Of a stretch of 64,000 nucleotides of DNA, positions 23,401 through 38,400 are shown in pieces (the stretch's first letter is position 1; each line of letters starts with the position of its first letter). Origin of the DNA: Bdellovibrionales bacterium (lineage in GTDB: Bacteria > Bdellovibrionota > Bdellovibrionia > Bdellovibrionales > JAGQZY01); assembly GCA_964230645.1 (NCBI GenBank), contig CAXRHT010000003.1, positions 480,001-544,000 of the forward strand, read 5' to 3'. The position numbers and the translations under genes were made by a program. The notes below the pieces were generated by a model. The model saw only the letters and a list, made by a program, of their open reading frames with translations. It was not told where the DNA came from and did no database searches.

Positions 23401-26400
23401 TATCTTTCTGGTTACCCAGGTAACGGTGGAACTTGTGGAGCAAGTCTTCCTGCGGGATCTAACTGTACGGTGGTTCTTGAATTTACACCCACAAGTTTAG
23501 GACCATTATCCTCCACATTCACGATCCAATATAATGATGGTGCCGCCGTCCAAACCGAAGCCAAAGATTTACAAGGTGTGGGTGGAGCGCCAGCGCTACT
23601 TGATATCGCTACCAGTGATCCTCATAATTTTGGAACGCGTGCGATTGGCTCAAACAATACTGTGATTTTAACGGTGACTAACGGTGGTGCTGTGGCGGCA
23701 ACCACAATAGCCGATGGGCTTAGTCTCACTCCTCCTTTTGACTTTACGGGTGGAAGTTACCCTGGTTCGAATGGAACCTGTGGTGCTAGTCTCGCGACAG
23801 GCGCTAATTGCGATATCGAGGTGCAATGGATTCCAGCGGCTACGGGCTTGCAGAGTCAAAACATTACATTAAATTACAATGACGGAACAGGAGCTGCGAC
23901 ATTCACTCATGGCTTACAGGGAACAGGAGCCAATCCGGCTCTTCTTTCCATTCAAGGAGCCGACCCAGCTGATTTTGGCAATGTCACACTAGCTGACACT
24001 CAAACACTTCTGCTAACTGTTGAAAACACAGGTGGAGTGGCAGCCACTGCTGTTGTTGAGAGTGGACTGGCTGGGGATTATGCTTTTACTGCTCCAGGAA
24101 CCTTTCCTGGTGGTGGAGGATCTTGTCCCACGACTATTAGTAGTGGCTCCACATGTACTATTGAAGTTCAGGTCACACCTTCTAGTACAGGCGTTATCTC
24201 TGGCAACGTGACTCTTGATTACAACAATGGTGCAACCAATACGTCTTATACTCACGGGTTGACCACCAATGGGTTATCGCCAGCGACTCTTGCGATAACC
24301 CCCGGGCCTGCTAACTACGATTTTGGAACGCGTCCAATTAACTCTGTTAACACCAACACCTTTACACTCACCAATGGTGGTGGAAGTCCTGCCACAGGAA
24401 TTGTGGGCGGGGGCCTTGCATCTCCTTTCGTATATAGTGGCGGAAGTTTTCCTGGTGGGGGCACCTGTACCGGAACTCTTGCTGCGGGAAGTTCTTGTAC
24501 TTTTGTGGTGGATTACCTTCCAACAGTGGCCAATGGCGCAGAGACCGACACAATAACAATCGATTATAATGATGGAACTGTAGCCCAGCAAACAACTCTT
24601 GGTCTTGATGCTGTTTCTCAAACGAGATCTTTACTTACAATTAGTGAAAGTAATCCCTATAACTACGGAACTCTTGCTACAGGTGCCACAAGAGCTAATA
24701 CCTTTACAATTACAAATACCGGAGAGTATCAGGCCACAGCAATATCTGAAACAACAATTGCCAATCCTTTCCGTTACACAGGAGCTGGAAATACTTTTCC
24801 TGGAGCAGCCGGTGATTGTGGTACGACACTCAATGGAGGTGCCAGCTGTACGATTGAGGTAGAATATGCTCCGACAGTCGTGAGTGGTGCTGATTCTGGA
24901 ACTATTACTTTTGGTTACAATGATGGTGTCGCGGTACAGAGTGTGGCGCGCACTCTTAGTGGTGTGGCTGTCACTCCTGCTAGTATTACAATGAATCAAG
25001 GTGACCCCTATAACTTCGGGACGGTGGCACAGGGTGCCTCTCGTAATGTTCTGATCACTCTTACAAATGGTGGTGGTCACGGAGCCTCTGCCATTACCGA
25101 AACGACTCTTGGTGGAGATTTCGATTTCAGTGGAGCTGGTTTTCCAGGAACCGGTGGAAATTGTACAGCCACTTTATTGAGTGGTGCGAGCTGTAATATC
25201 GAAGTGGCTTTTGCCCCGGGTAGCACTGGAGCTTTAGCCGGTACTCTTAGCATTCAATACAATAACGGTGTTTCCGTCGTCACAGAAACAAAAGCTCTGA
25301 ACGGAACTGGGGCCTCTCCAGCACTTATTACCATTAGTGGCACAGACCCGGTGGATTTTGGAAATGTCACTCAAGGCTCCAGTACGACGACTCTTTTAAC
25401 TGTTAACAACACAGGCTCAGTCAATGCCACTGGAATTAGTGGGGGGGGACTTGGTGCTCCTTTTAGTTTCACCGGAGGATCCTACCCTGGACTAGGTGGA
25501 GATTGTGGTGATCCTATTTTGCCAGCCACTCCATGTACAATTGAAGTGCGTTTTGCACCGACGGCAGCTGTGGTGAGTAACTCCCAAGTGGATATCAATT
25601 ACCACAATGGTGTGAGTCCTCAAACGACAACAAGAACTCTTGTCGGTACAGGAATCGCTCCGGCTCTTCTAACTTTTTCAGGAGTAGACCCTTATGATTT
25701 CGGAACCATTGCCAATGGTGGTGGGATTGCGTCGGTCACAGTCACTGTCGACAATATTGGTTCAAGTAGTGCGACAGGCATTAATGAAACAACACTCGGT
25801 GGTGACTTTGATTTTTATCTATCAGGGTTTCCTGGTAACGGTGGAACTTGTGGGGCGAGCCTTCCCGCCGGATCGAACTGTACGGTGGTGCTTGAATTTA
25901 CACCAACAAGTTTAGGTCCACTAGCTTCGACTTTTACTCTACAATATAATGATGGTGCGGCTGTTCAAACCGAAGCTAAAGATCTACAAGGTGTCGGTGG
26001 AGCACCAGCGCTCCTTGATATCGCCACCAGTGATCCGCATGATTTCGGTACCAGGGCTATAGGTTCTACCAATGTCGTGGTTTTAACCATTACCAATGGT
26101 GGTGCTGTGGCTGCGACAGCGATTGCTGATGCTGCCACTTTAACTTCTCCTTTCAGTTATACGGGTGCGGGTTATCCTGGAAGCAACGGAACTTGTGGAG
26201 CCTCTCTTGCTAGCGGTGCTTCTTGTGATATTGAAGTAAGCTGGGTGCCGGCAGCCACCGGATTACAGAATCAAACAGTCACCCTTAACTATAATGATGG
26301 CTCTGGTGCCACTTCATTTACTCACGGTTTACAAGGAACAGGGGCTAACCCCGCTCTACTCTCTATTCAAGGGGCTGATCCCGCCGATTTTGGAAATGTC

Positions 26401-29400
26401 ACTCTGGCTGACACACAATCTCTTCTTCTTACTGTGGAAAACACTGGGGATGTTGCAGCGACCTCGGTTTCTGAAAGTGCATTGGCTGGAGACTATGCTT
26501 TCACGGCGCCTGGAACTTTCCCTGGAGGGGGAGGTTCATGTACAGCGACTATCGGTGGAGGAGCCACATGTACCATTGAAGTACAAGTGACCCCCAGCAG
26601 TACAGGGGTCATTTCCGGTAATGTGACTCTTGATTATAACAATGGCGCTACCAACACCTCTTACACTCATGGGTTGACCACCAACGGTTTATCACCGGCA
26701 ACTCTTGCGATAACACCAGGTCCGGCTAACTACGATTTTGGAACGCGTCCAATTAACTCTGTTAACACCAACACCTTTACACTCACCAATGGTGGAGGAA
26801 GTCCTGCCACAGGAATTGTCGGTGGTGGTCTTGCATCTCCGTTTGTATACAGCGGCGGAAGTTTTCCAGGTGGCGGAACTTGTACAGGAACTCTTGCAGC
26901 CGGAAGCTCTTGTACTTTTGTAGTTGATTATCTTCCGACCGTCGCTAATGGCGCAGAAACTGATACGATTACGATTGATTACAACGATGGAACGGTCGCA
27001 CAGCAGACAACTTTAGGGCTTGATGCTGTTTCTCAAACAAGATCTTTACTTACAATTAGCGAGAGCAGTCCTTACAATTACGGAACTCTTGCGACGGGTG
27101 CCACGAGAGCTCACACATTTACCATCGCTAATACGGGAGAGTATCAGGCTACAGCAATTTCTGAAACAACGGTCACTAACCCTTTCCGTTACACAGGAGC
27201 CGGAAACACTTATCCCGGAGCGGCTGGAGATTGTGGGGCGACTCTCAACGGAGGCGCAAGCTGTACGATTGAAGTTGAATACGCTCCGACTGTAGTGAGT
27301 GGAGCTGATTCGGGAACTATTACTTTTGGTTACAATGATGGTGTCGCGGTACAAAGTGTGGCGCGCACTCTCAGTGGTGTGGCGGTGACACCAGCGAGTA
27401 TTACCATGAATCAAGCCGATCCTTACAATTTTGGAACAGTTGCTCAAGGTGCTTCCCGCAATGTATTGATCACTTTGACAAATGGTGGTGGTCATAGTGC
27501 GACCAGTCTTACTGAAATCACACTTGGTGGAGATTTTGACTTTACCGGGGCTGGATTTCCTGGAACGGGTGGAAACTGTACCGCTTCTCTTTTAAGTGGA
27601 GCGAGCTGTAATATCGAAGTCACTTTTGCACCAGGAAGTACAGGGGCTTTAGCGGGCACTTTAACTTTACAATATAATAATGGAGTGACCACAGTCACAG
27701 AAACGAAAGATCTCAGTGGTGCGGGTGCCGCTCCGGCATTGATCACAATTAGTGGTACGGATCCAGTGGATTTCGGAAATGTGACTCAAGGATCAAATAA
27801 CACACTTCTGTTGACTGTTAACAACACAGGGGCTGTCAATGCCACAGGAATTAGCGGTGGTGGATTGAGTGCCCCATTTGGTTTTACCGGAGGAGCTTAT
27901 CCAGGATCAGCGGGAACCTGTGGTGATCCCATTCTACCATCAACGCCTTGTACAATTGAAGTGCGCTTTTCTCCAACAACCGCAGTCGTAAGCAACGGGC
28001 AAGTTGATATTAACTACAATAACGGCGTTGGACCACAGACGACCACAAGAACTCTAGTAGGAACAGGAATCGCTCCAGCCTTACTGACTTTCACAGGGGC
28101 TGACCCCTACGATTTTGGAACTGTGGCTAATGGCGGAGGCCTTGCCTCTGTGACTGTTACAGTCAATAACGTGGGTTCTAGTAGTGCAACCGCTATGAAT
28201 GAAACCACACTCGGAGGTGATTTTGATTTCTACTTAACAAGTTACCCCGGAAACGGTGGAACTTGTGGAGCGAGTCTCCCAGCTGGCGGAAGTTGTGATG
28301 TTGTGCTTGAGTTCACACCAACAAGCCTTGGGCCTCTAGCCTCAACTTTTACCATCCAGTATAATGACGGGGCCGCAGTACAGACAGAGGCCAAAGCTCT
28401 TCAAGGTGTGGGTGGTGCTCCCGCTTTACTGGATATTGCTACCAGTGATCCTCATAATTTTGGAACAAGAGCCATTGGCTCCAATAACACTGTTATACTT
28501 ACGATTACAAACGGCGGAGCCGTGGCGGCCACAGGTATTGCAGACGCAGCCACACTTAGCGCTCCTTTTGATTACACAGGAACAGGTTATCCTGGAACCA
28601 ATGGAGACTGTGGAGCGAGTTTAGCAAGCTCTGCGAGTTGTGATATTGAAGTGCAATGGATCCCATCATCCACTGGTTTGCAAACTCAAGACATTACTTT
28701 GAATTACAATAATGGAACAGGAGCCACTGCTTTTGTTCATGGTCTACAGGGAACCGGTGCTAACCCCGCTCTCCTTTCCATTCAAGGAGCCGATCCGGCG
28801 GACTTCGGAAATGTCACGCAAGGAAACCCTCGCGTTCTTCTTTTAACAGTTGAAAACACAGGAGATGTTAACGCTACAGGCATTACCGAATCAGGACTTG
28901 CTGGGGATTATGCCTTCACTGCTCCTGGAACCTTCCCTGGTGGTGGTGGAAATTGTACAACTACGATTAGTAGTGGTGGAACTTGTACTATCGAAGTGCG
29001 CGTGATTCCTAGTAGTACTGGAGCCGTCACCGGTAATGTAACGCTCAATTATAACAATGGTGCGACGAACACTTCCTATACCCATGGTCTAACAACAAAT
29101 GCTATTAGCCCAGCGATCTTAGCGATCACTCCAGGACCGGCGAACTACGACTATGGAACAAGACCTATTAATTCAACCAATACAAATACCTTCACTCTTT
29201 CAAACAGTGGGGGAAGCCCTGCTACAAGTATTGTCGGTGGTGGTTTAGCCTCTCCTTTCATTTATAGTGGTGGGAGTTTTCCTGGTGGAGGAACCTGTAC
29301 GGGAACTCTGGCGGCGGGTAGCTCTTGTACTTTCATAGTCGATTACTTACCGACAACAGCCAACGGAGCGGAAACCGATACTATCACCATCGACTTCAAT

Positions 29401-32400
29401 GATGGTGTGGCCTTACAGCAAACCACTCTAGGGCTAGATGCTGTTTCACAAACAAGAGCGAACTTAACAATTTCAGAAAGCAATCCTTATGGATACGGCA
29501 CTCTAGCGACAGGAGCCACAAGGGCTCATACGTTTACAATTTCCAACACTGGTGAGTTCCAAGCCACAGCTATAGCAGAAACCACAGTAGCCGCTCCTTT
29601 TAGATACACTGGAGCAGGAAACGTTTTTCCTGGGGCCGCTGGCGATTGTGGGACCTCTTTAAATGGAGGAGCCACTTGTATTATCGAAGTGGAGTACGCT
29701 CCAACTGTTGCTCCATCCGCTGATTCAGGTACTATTACATTTGGCTACAATGATGGCGTAGCCGTTCAAAGTGTTGCCAGAACAGTTGCTGGTACCGCTG
29801 TAACACCTGCGTCGATCACTATGAATCAAGGCGACCCCTACAACTTTGGAACTATTGCACAGGGATCTTCTACAAATGTTGTTATAACTCTAACAAATGG
29901 TGGGGGAGCTACGGCTACTTCTGTGAGTGAAACCACCCTGGGTGGCGATTTCCGATTCACTGGTGCCGGTAACACATTCCCTGGTGGCGCTGGAAACTGT
30001 ACGGCCACTTTAACAAGTGGAGCTAGTTGTACCATTGAAGTCGAGTTCGCACCGAGTAGCACAGGGGCCTTGGCCGGAACCTTAACGATTCAATATGGGA
30101 ATGGAGTCACCACTGTTACGGAAACAAAAGCTCTCTCAGGAACGGGGGCCGCTCCAGCGCTTATTACCATAAGCGGTTCTGATCCTGTGGATTTGGGCAG
30201 TGTCACTCAAGGCGCAAGTACGACCACATTATTGACAGTTAATAATACGGGAGCTGTGAACGCGACCGGAATTAGTGGTGGTGGTTTAGCAGCCCCGTTT
30301 GGATTTGTAGGTGGATCTTATCCTGGAACAGGTGGAAGTTGTGGTGACCCCATTCTTCCGTCCACCCCTTGTACAATTGAAATTCAATTCTCTCCAACTG
30401 CGGCTACTGTGAGTAACGGTCAGGTCGACATTAACTATAATAACGGAGTAACTCCGCAAACGACTACGAGAACTCTTGTCGGAACAGGTGTTGCCCCGGC
30501 GCAGTTAACAATCACTGGGGCTGATCCCTATGATTTTGGAACTATTGCTAGTGGCGGTGGAGTGCAGTCTGTAACTTTCACAGTGCAAAACGTTGGTGCT
30601 AGTAGTGCAACTGCAATTACTGAGACCACATTAGCCGGTGATTTCGATTTTTACTTAACCACCTTCCCTGGAACGGGGGGAACTTGTGGAGCCAGTCTTG
30701 CTGCTGGTGCTAGTTGTGATGTGGTGTTAGAGTTTACTCCAACAGCCCTTGGGCCTTTAGCTGAAACCTTTACCCTTCAGTACAATGATGGCGCGGCCAC
30801 TCAAAGTATCAATAAAGATTTACAAGGTGTGGGTGGATCACCGGCTCTTCTTGATATCGCTACCAGTGATCCGCATGATTTTGGTACACGTGCTATTGGT
30901 TCAACCAACACTGTTATCTTGACGGTTACAAACGGTGGTTCTGTTGCGGCCACAGGAATGGCTGATGGAGCCACCTTAAGTTCACCTTTTGCTTTCACCG
31001 GGGCAGGGTATCCAGGAACCAACGGAGATTGTGGAGCTAGCCTGGCCAGTGGAGCTTCCTGTGATGTGGAAGTGCAATGGGTGCCTGCGGGAACAGGTTT
31101 GCAAGCTCAAACAATGACCATTAATTATAATGACGGTACAGGCGCGACAAACTTCACTCATGGTCTTCAGGGGACGGGTGCAAACCCTGCCTTACTTTCT
31201 ATACAAGGGGCGGATCCTGTTAACTTTGGTAGTGTCACTCAAGGGGACACTCAAAGCCTGATCTTAACTGTTGAGAATACCGGTGATGTGTCGGCCACCA
31301 CAATCACAGAAAGTGGTCTTTCAGGTGATTACTCTTTCACGGCTCCAGGAACTTTCCCTGGAGGAGCTGGAAACTGTACGGCCACTCTAACGAGTGGAAG
31401 CACTTGTACCATTGAAGTTCAGGTGAGTCCGACGAGTACAGGTGCGATTTCTGGCACAATCACATTAAATTATTACAACGGGGCGAACAATTCCTCTTAC
31501 AACCATGGCACGTTAACCAATGGTATTGCGCCAGCCGTGCTTGCAATCACTCCGGGACCAGGTAATTACAATTACGGTACACGTCCGATCAATTCGACAA
31601 ACACCAACACCTTCACACTGACAAATAGTGGAGGGAGTCCTGCTACCGGAATAGTGGGTGGTGGACTTGTCGCTCCTTTTGTTCACAGCGGGGGAAGTTT
31701 CCCTGGTGGTGGAACTTGTACAGGAACTTTGGCTTCAGGAAGTTCTTGTACCTTCGTTGTCGATTATTTACCGACAGTGGCCAACGGAGCTGAGACCGAT
31801 ACAATCACAATTGATTACAATGACGGAGCTGTTGTCCAGCAAGCCACTCTGGGACTTGATGGTGTTTCTCAAACAAGAGCGAACTTAACAATTAGTGAAA
31901 CCGATCCGTACAACTTTGGCGTGCTCGCTAACGGTGCCACTCGCTCTCATATATTTACAATAGCAAATACTGGTGAATTTCAGGCCACTGCTATTAGTGA
32001 AAGTACACTTGTGGCTCCTTTCCGTTTTACCGGGGCTGGTAATACCTTTCCGGGTGCCGGCGGAGACTGTGGAGCTCTGTTAGCTGGTGGAGCTAGTTGT
32101 AGCATTGAAGTGGAATATGCTCCTTCCGCAGCTCCTGCAGCTGATAGTGGAACAATCACACTTGGCTACAATGATGGTGTTGCTGTTCAAAGTGTTGCAA
32201 GGACTCTTTCTGGAACGGCAGTGACTCCCGCTAATATTACAATGGATCAAGCCGATCCTTATAATTTTGGAACACTCGCCCAAGGCGCTAGTCGAAACGT
32301 TTTAATTACTTTAAGTAATGGCGGTGGCCATGGTGCGACTGCACTGAGTGAAACCACACTTTCTGGTGATTTTGATTTTACGGGAGCGGGCTTCCCCGGG

Positions 32401-35400
32401 GCCAATGGTACTTGTACAGGAACATTAGCCAGTGGTTCAAGCTGTACTGTGGAAGTGGCCTTTTCTCCAACAGCGACAGGGGCTCTTTCTTCGACTCTGA
32501 CTTTTCAATATAACAATGGGGCTTCCACTGTTACCGAGACAAAAGTTCTTAACGGTACCGGAGCGACTCCGGCTCTTGTGACAATCAGCGGTTCTGACCC
32601 TGTGGATTTTGGAAGTGTGACTCAAGGATCAAGTACAAGTTTAACTCTCACTCTGAATAACACTGGAACGGTCAATGCTACAGGAATCAGTGGTGGTGGA
32701 TTAACCGCTCCTTTTGCTTTTACTGGAGGATCCTATCCTGGATCGGCCGGAACTTGTGGTGATCCCATTTTACCGGCCACTCCTTGTACCATTGAGTTAC
32801 AATTTTCCCCAACATCTCCTGTAGTTAGCACTTCGCAAGTGGATATCAACTACAACAATGGGGCGGGCGCTCAAACGAGTACCCGTACATTAACAGGTGA
32901 AGGTATCGCTCCAGCTCTACTAACAATGAGTTTAGGCGATCCTTACGATTTTGGAACGGTAGCCAATGGCGGTGGTATCCGAAGTCAAAGTTTTACAATC
33001 ACGAATATTGGGTCAAGTTCTGCCACAGGTATGAATGAAATTGGTATGGGAGGAGACTTTGACTTCTACCTCACCACTTATCCAGGAAACGGTGGAAACT
33101 GTGGGGCCTCACTGCCTCCAGCTGGAACTTGTACGGTCGTTTTAGAGTTTACACCAACAAGTCTTGGACCTGCTGCCAGTACTTTTGATTTACAGTACAA
33201 CGATGGTGTTAATACACAAAATTTAACTAAAGATGTGCAAGGTGTGGGTGGGAATCCTGCGGTTCTCTCTATTTCTGATGGACCGACTTACAATTACCTA
33301 AGTAAAGCGATTGGGTCATCAACTTCTCACTTGTTTACTGTCACAAATACCGGGGCGGTGACGGCGATCTCTATGGCTGACGCCGGTACGCTCAATCCTC
33401 CATTTGTCTTTACCGGTAGTGGATATCCTGGGGACAACGGAGACTGTGGAGCGACTTTGGCTTCGAGTGCGACCTGTACTATTGAGGTGGCTTATGAACC
33501 GACAAGCCCAGGGTCTTCTACAGAAACTGTCACCTTAAGTTACAATGATTCCATCAACAATCAGACAGCTTCAGTGGGTGTCACTGGAACAGCGACGACA
33601 GCTGCCAACTTGAGTATTACTGGTGTAGACCCTGTCGATTTTGGCAGTGTCACTCAAGGGGCCTCCAGCAATGTGGTGTTTACTCTAAATAACTCCGGAG
33701 GAGTGGCCGCCACAGCAATCACTGAAGTTGGTATGAGTCTACCGTTCCGCTTTCGTGGAGGAAGTTATCCGGGAACCTCTGGAACATGTGGTACCAGTTT
33801 AAGTTCCGGTCTTTCTTGTGATATTGATGTCGAATTTTTACCAACGACATCTGGCTTTGTTTCACAGACAATAGATATCAATTATTTCAACGGACAGTCC
33901 ACTCAGAGTGTGACTCGCGACGTGCAAGGAACAGGACTCGATCCCGCTATACTTGGTATTTCTGAAGTGAATCCTTATAGTTTCGGCACAAGACCTATTG
34001 GCTCTTCAACACTTCACGTGTTTACAGTCACTAACACAGGTGGTTCTGAGGCCACCGGTATGGCCGGTGGACCACTGTCATCTCCTTACCGATTTGAGGG
34101 CGGAACTTATCCTGGAACTTCAGGAGATTGTGGAACCAATTTAATTGCTGCAGCTTCCTGTACTATTGCTGTTGAGTTTTTACCAGTAACGACAAATCCA
34201 AGTTACACCGACACAATTACGATCAACTATACGGATGGAGCCAGCGGACAAGTGTCCACTCGCGACATCGTCGGTGTTGCGGTGAATCCGGCGCAGTTAA
34301 GTATTTCTGAATCGGATCCTTACAATTTTGGCTCTCATCCCACCGGAGACAATGTTACTCATATATTTACTATCTCTAATACAGGTGGAGTGACAGCAAC
34401 GGGAATTGTAGAGAATGGTCTTGCCGCTCCTTTTACTTATGTTGGTGGAACTTATCCAGGGACTGGTGGAGACTGTAGTCCGAACCTCGCTGCTGGAGAC
34501 TCTTGTACAATAGAAGTTCAGTACACTCCTGCGACTGTGGCTACTCATCCTGATACAATCAGTTTTGATTACAATAATGGTGTGAATCCTCGGACGGAAA
34601 CTCGGGATGTGACTGGAACAGGTGTAACACCAGCCATTATCGATATCTCTGAATCCGACCCATATGACTTTGGATCGGTCGCCGAGATGAGCTCTAGAAC
34701 CCACTTTTTCACATTAACCAATAACGGAAGTGTCAACGCCACATCCATTACAGAATCAACTTTATCAGCCCCTTACCAGTTTGCTGGAGGCGGCGGATTC
34801 CCTGGTGCTGGTGGAGACTGTACGGCGACTCTGGCACCAGCTGCGAGCTGTACTATTGAAGTCGAGTTTGCTCCCACTACAACAGGTGTGTTCAATGACT
34901 CAATCACTATCCAATATAACAATGGAGCCAGTACCACATCTCGAATAAGAACGATCACTGGGACTGGTACATCAACGGCTAACCTTGTGATTACGGAGTC
35001 ACCTTCTTACGACTTTGGAAACGTCACAAGTGGTGGCGGAACAAGAACTCATATCTTCTCGATCACTAACACAGGTGGAGTGGACGCCACGGGCGTGCTC
35101 GGTGGTGGATTGTCTTCACCATTTAGTTATACAGGAGGTTCGTTCCCTGGTAGCGGTGGAAACTGTGCCGATCCAATCCCTGCTTCAAGCACTTGTCAGA
35201 TTGAAGTGAGTTTTACACCTGTGGCTAATGTTCTGACTTCCGATTCCATTGAAGTAGACTACAATGATGGTGTGGCTCCAAGACAAGTGACAAGACTTGT
35301 GCAAGGAACAGGTGTGGCTCCGGCTCTATTGACGATCTCTGAATCCGATCCTTATAGTTACGGCATCGTACCGATTTCTGGTGGTTTTAGAGATCATCTC

Positions 35401-38400
35401 TTCACTGTTACGAATAGCGGAAACTCTGTGGCGACTGGTATTTCTGAAATTGGTTTGGCAGCGCCTTTTGATTTTGCCGATGGCTCTTTCCCTGGAACGG
35501 GGGGAGATTGTGGTACTTCACTCGGAGTGGGGGCAAGTTGTGATATCGTGATTCGCTACACGGCTTCAGCCATTGGAGCTCAAGCCGATACCATCAGTTT
35601 ACAATATAACAATGGAGCTTCAAGCTCGACTTCCAATCGCGACGTTCAAGGAACAGGCGGACAACCCGCCACCTTAAGTATTACAGGAGCTGATCCTTAC
35701 AATTACGGCACAGTTTCCGTTGGTGCTACTGTAACTCAAACATTCACGGTACAAAACACCGGAGCTGTGGCAGCAACCAGTATTTCTGATGCTGGTACAA
35801 TGGCCGCTCCTTACACCTACCGTGGTGGATCGGGCTTTCCTGGAACGAGTGGAACCTGTACCGCCACAATCGCTCCGGGGGGCAGTTGCACCATTGTTGT
35901 CGATTACACTCCGAGTGCACTCGGTGCTCAAGCCGACGATATAGAATTACAATTTGATAATGGTGTGATCACAACCAGTTTCACTCACGGTGTGACTGGA
36001 ACAGGAGCCAGTGTTGCCAACTTAACCATCTCTGAGACGGAACCCTACGATTTTGGAACTGTTCCAGTTGGTGGAAATCTCGATCATATATTCACTATCA
36101 ATAACACCGGTGGGGTACCTGCTACAGGAATTACTGGAGTTGGGTTATCCGCTCCTTTTAGTTTCAGTGGCGGCGCTTTCCCTGGAACCAACGGAACTTG
36201 TGGAACAACCATCAACAACGGCGTTCCATGTACCATTGAGGTTCGCTATAGCCCTGCTGCAACAGGAACTTTAAGTAGCAATATTAACTTACAATACAAT
36301 AACGGAACTTCAGTGGTGAACTCCATTCGCGGGGTCCAAGGAACCGGAGCCGCTCCAGCTTCTTTGACGATTTCTGATGGACCTGGAAACTATAATTATG
36401 GCGTAGTCACCATTGGAAACTCGCCCACGCGCACATTTACCATTACAAACAATGGTGGTGTGGATGCCACAGCCATGTCCGGTTCGGGCTTGAGTGCTCC
36501 TTTCACATTTGCTGGTGGTAGTGGTTATCCCGGTGGAGGAACTTGTGGAGCGACCTTATTACCAACAGCCTCTTGTACTGTGGTTGTGGAATACGCTCCT
36601 TCGGCGACCGGAACACTCAATGACACGATTGAAATCTCTTTCAATGATGGAGTCGGTGTACAAACAGCGACAAGAGGTGTACAGGGTACCGGTCAAAACC
36701 CTGGACTCTTAACGATCAGCGATGGTCCTACTCATAGTTTTGGTACAGTGACAGTTGGTAACTCAAGAGACTATACTTTCACAGTTCAATACACAGGCGA
36801 CGCTTCGGCCACATCGGTGGCTGATGGTGCAGGCTTAGCGGCTCCTTTTGATTGGAAAGATGGTGTTTATCCTGGAACGGGTGGAACTTGTGGTACTTCA
36901 ATTAGTGCGGACTGTACAATCGTTGTTACCTATGCTCCAACTCTTGCCAGTGCCGGGGATAACGACCAAATCGTGATCAATTACAACAATGGTGCCAATG
37001 CAGTGAATGCCACTCGTGATATTACGGGTGTGGCTGCCGATCCAGCTCTTCTTACAATTTCAGAAACCGATGGTTACAGCTTAGGAAATGTTGTAACCAA
37101 TGCCACCACCTCCCATGTCTTTATCGTAACGAACACAGGGAACACGGATGCAACAAGTGTGTCAGAAATCGGAATCGGAGCTCCTTACAGATACCGTGGT
37201 GGCTCTTACCCAGGAACCAGTGGTAACTGTGGCGGCACATTAACAGCGGGTAACAACTGTAGCCTTGATATCGAATTTGCTCCAGTGGCCACGGGTGCTG
37301 CTCCAGAAACAATCAATGTGAGTTATAACAATGGTGTGAGCACTCAAAGTGTGCAGAGAAATATTACTGCCACCGGTATTGCTCCTGCTAACATCACAAT
37401 TTCAGAAACCGACCCTTATGATTTTGCAACGGTCGCCATTGGTAGTTCAAGAGCTCGATTGTTAACTCTAGAAAACACAGGCGCAGCAACAGCCACTGGA
37501 ATGACAGGGGCGGGGCTTGCCGGACAATTCTCTTTTAGAGGAGGCGGAGGTTATCCTGGTGCTGGTGGAGACTGTGATGCTGATCTAACGCCTGGCGAGA
37601 CTTGTTTGATCGAGGTGGCCTTTGCACCAACGGCCACTGGTCTTGATAGTGATACAATTGATATTAACTACAACGATGGCGCTGCGGCCCAAACTTCAAG
37701 CCGTGATGTACAAGGAACTGGAGCCAACCCCGCTCTCCTTACTATCAGTGAATCCGATCCGTTCAACTTTGGAACACATGCGACAGGCTCAACTGCTGAA
37801 TACACTTTCACAGTGACAAACTCGGGAGGAGTCAATGCAACAGCCGTAGCCGATGGACTTGGTTTAGCCGCTCCTTACGACTGGAAAAATGGAACCTATC
37901 CTGGAACTGGTGGTACCTGTGGTACCACTATTACAACAAGCACACCATGTACCGTGGTCGTGACTTTCTCGCCTACAATTGCCGGAACACAAAATGATGC
38001 CATCGTGATCAACTATAATAACGGTGTGGGTGTTGTGAACACTCAAAGGCAAGTAGAGGGTGTTGGAGCTGATGCCGCTAATCTGACAATATCTGACGGT
38101 CCTACCTTCGATTGGAATATTGTGACTGTTGGTTTTAGTGCTCAATACACTTTCACCATTACCAATACAGGTGATATTTCTGCCACTTCAGTGGGAGGAA
38201 CCGGTCTTGGTTCTCCTTATTCTTTCTTTGGTGGCAGTGGCTATCCCGGTGGCGGAACTTGTTTAACCAGTATTGCCCCAGGAGCTTCTTGTACTGTAAT
38301 TGTTGAATTTACGCCGACGGGCTCGGGTACTGCTAATGATACCATGCAAATCACATACAATGATGGTGTGACGTCGCAAATTTCCAATCGTGATATGACA

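Noticed and set aside
17380..34290. Super-repeat as an assembly artefact
   Set aside because: Copies differ at many synonymous sites and some residues while keeping frame, which collapsed or duplicated reads would not produce; long reads would settle it.
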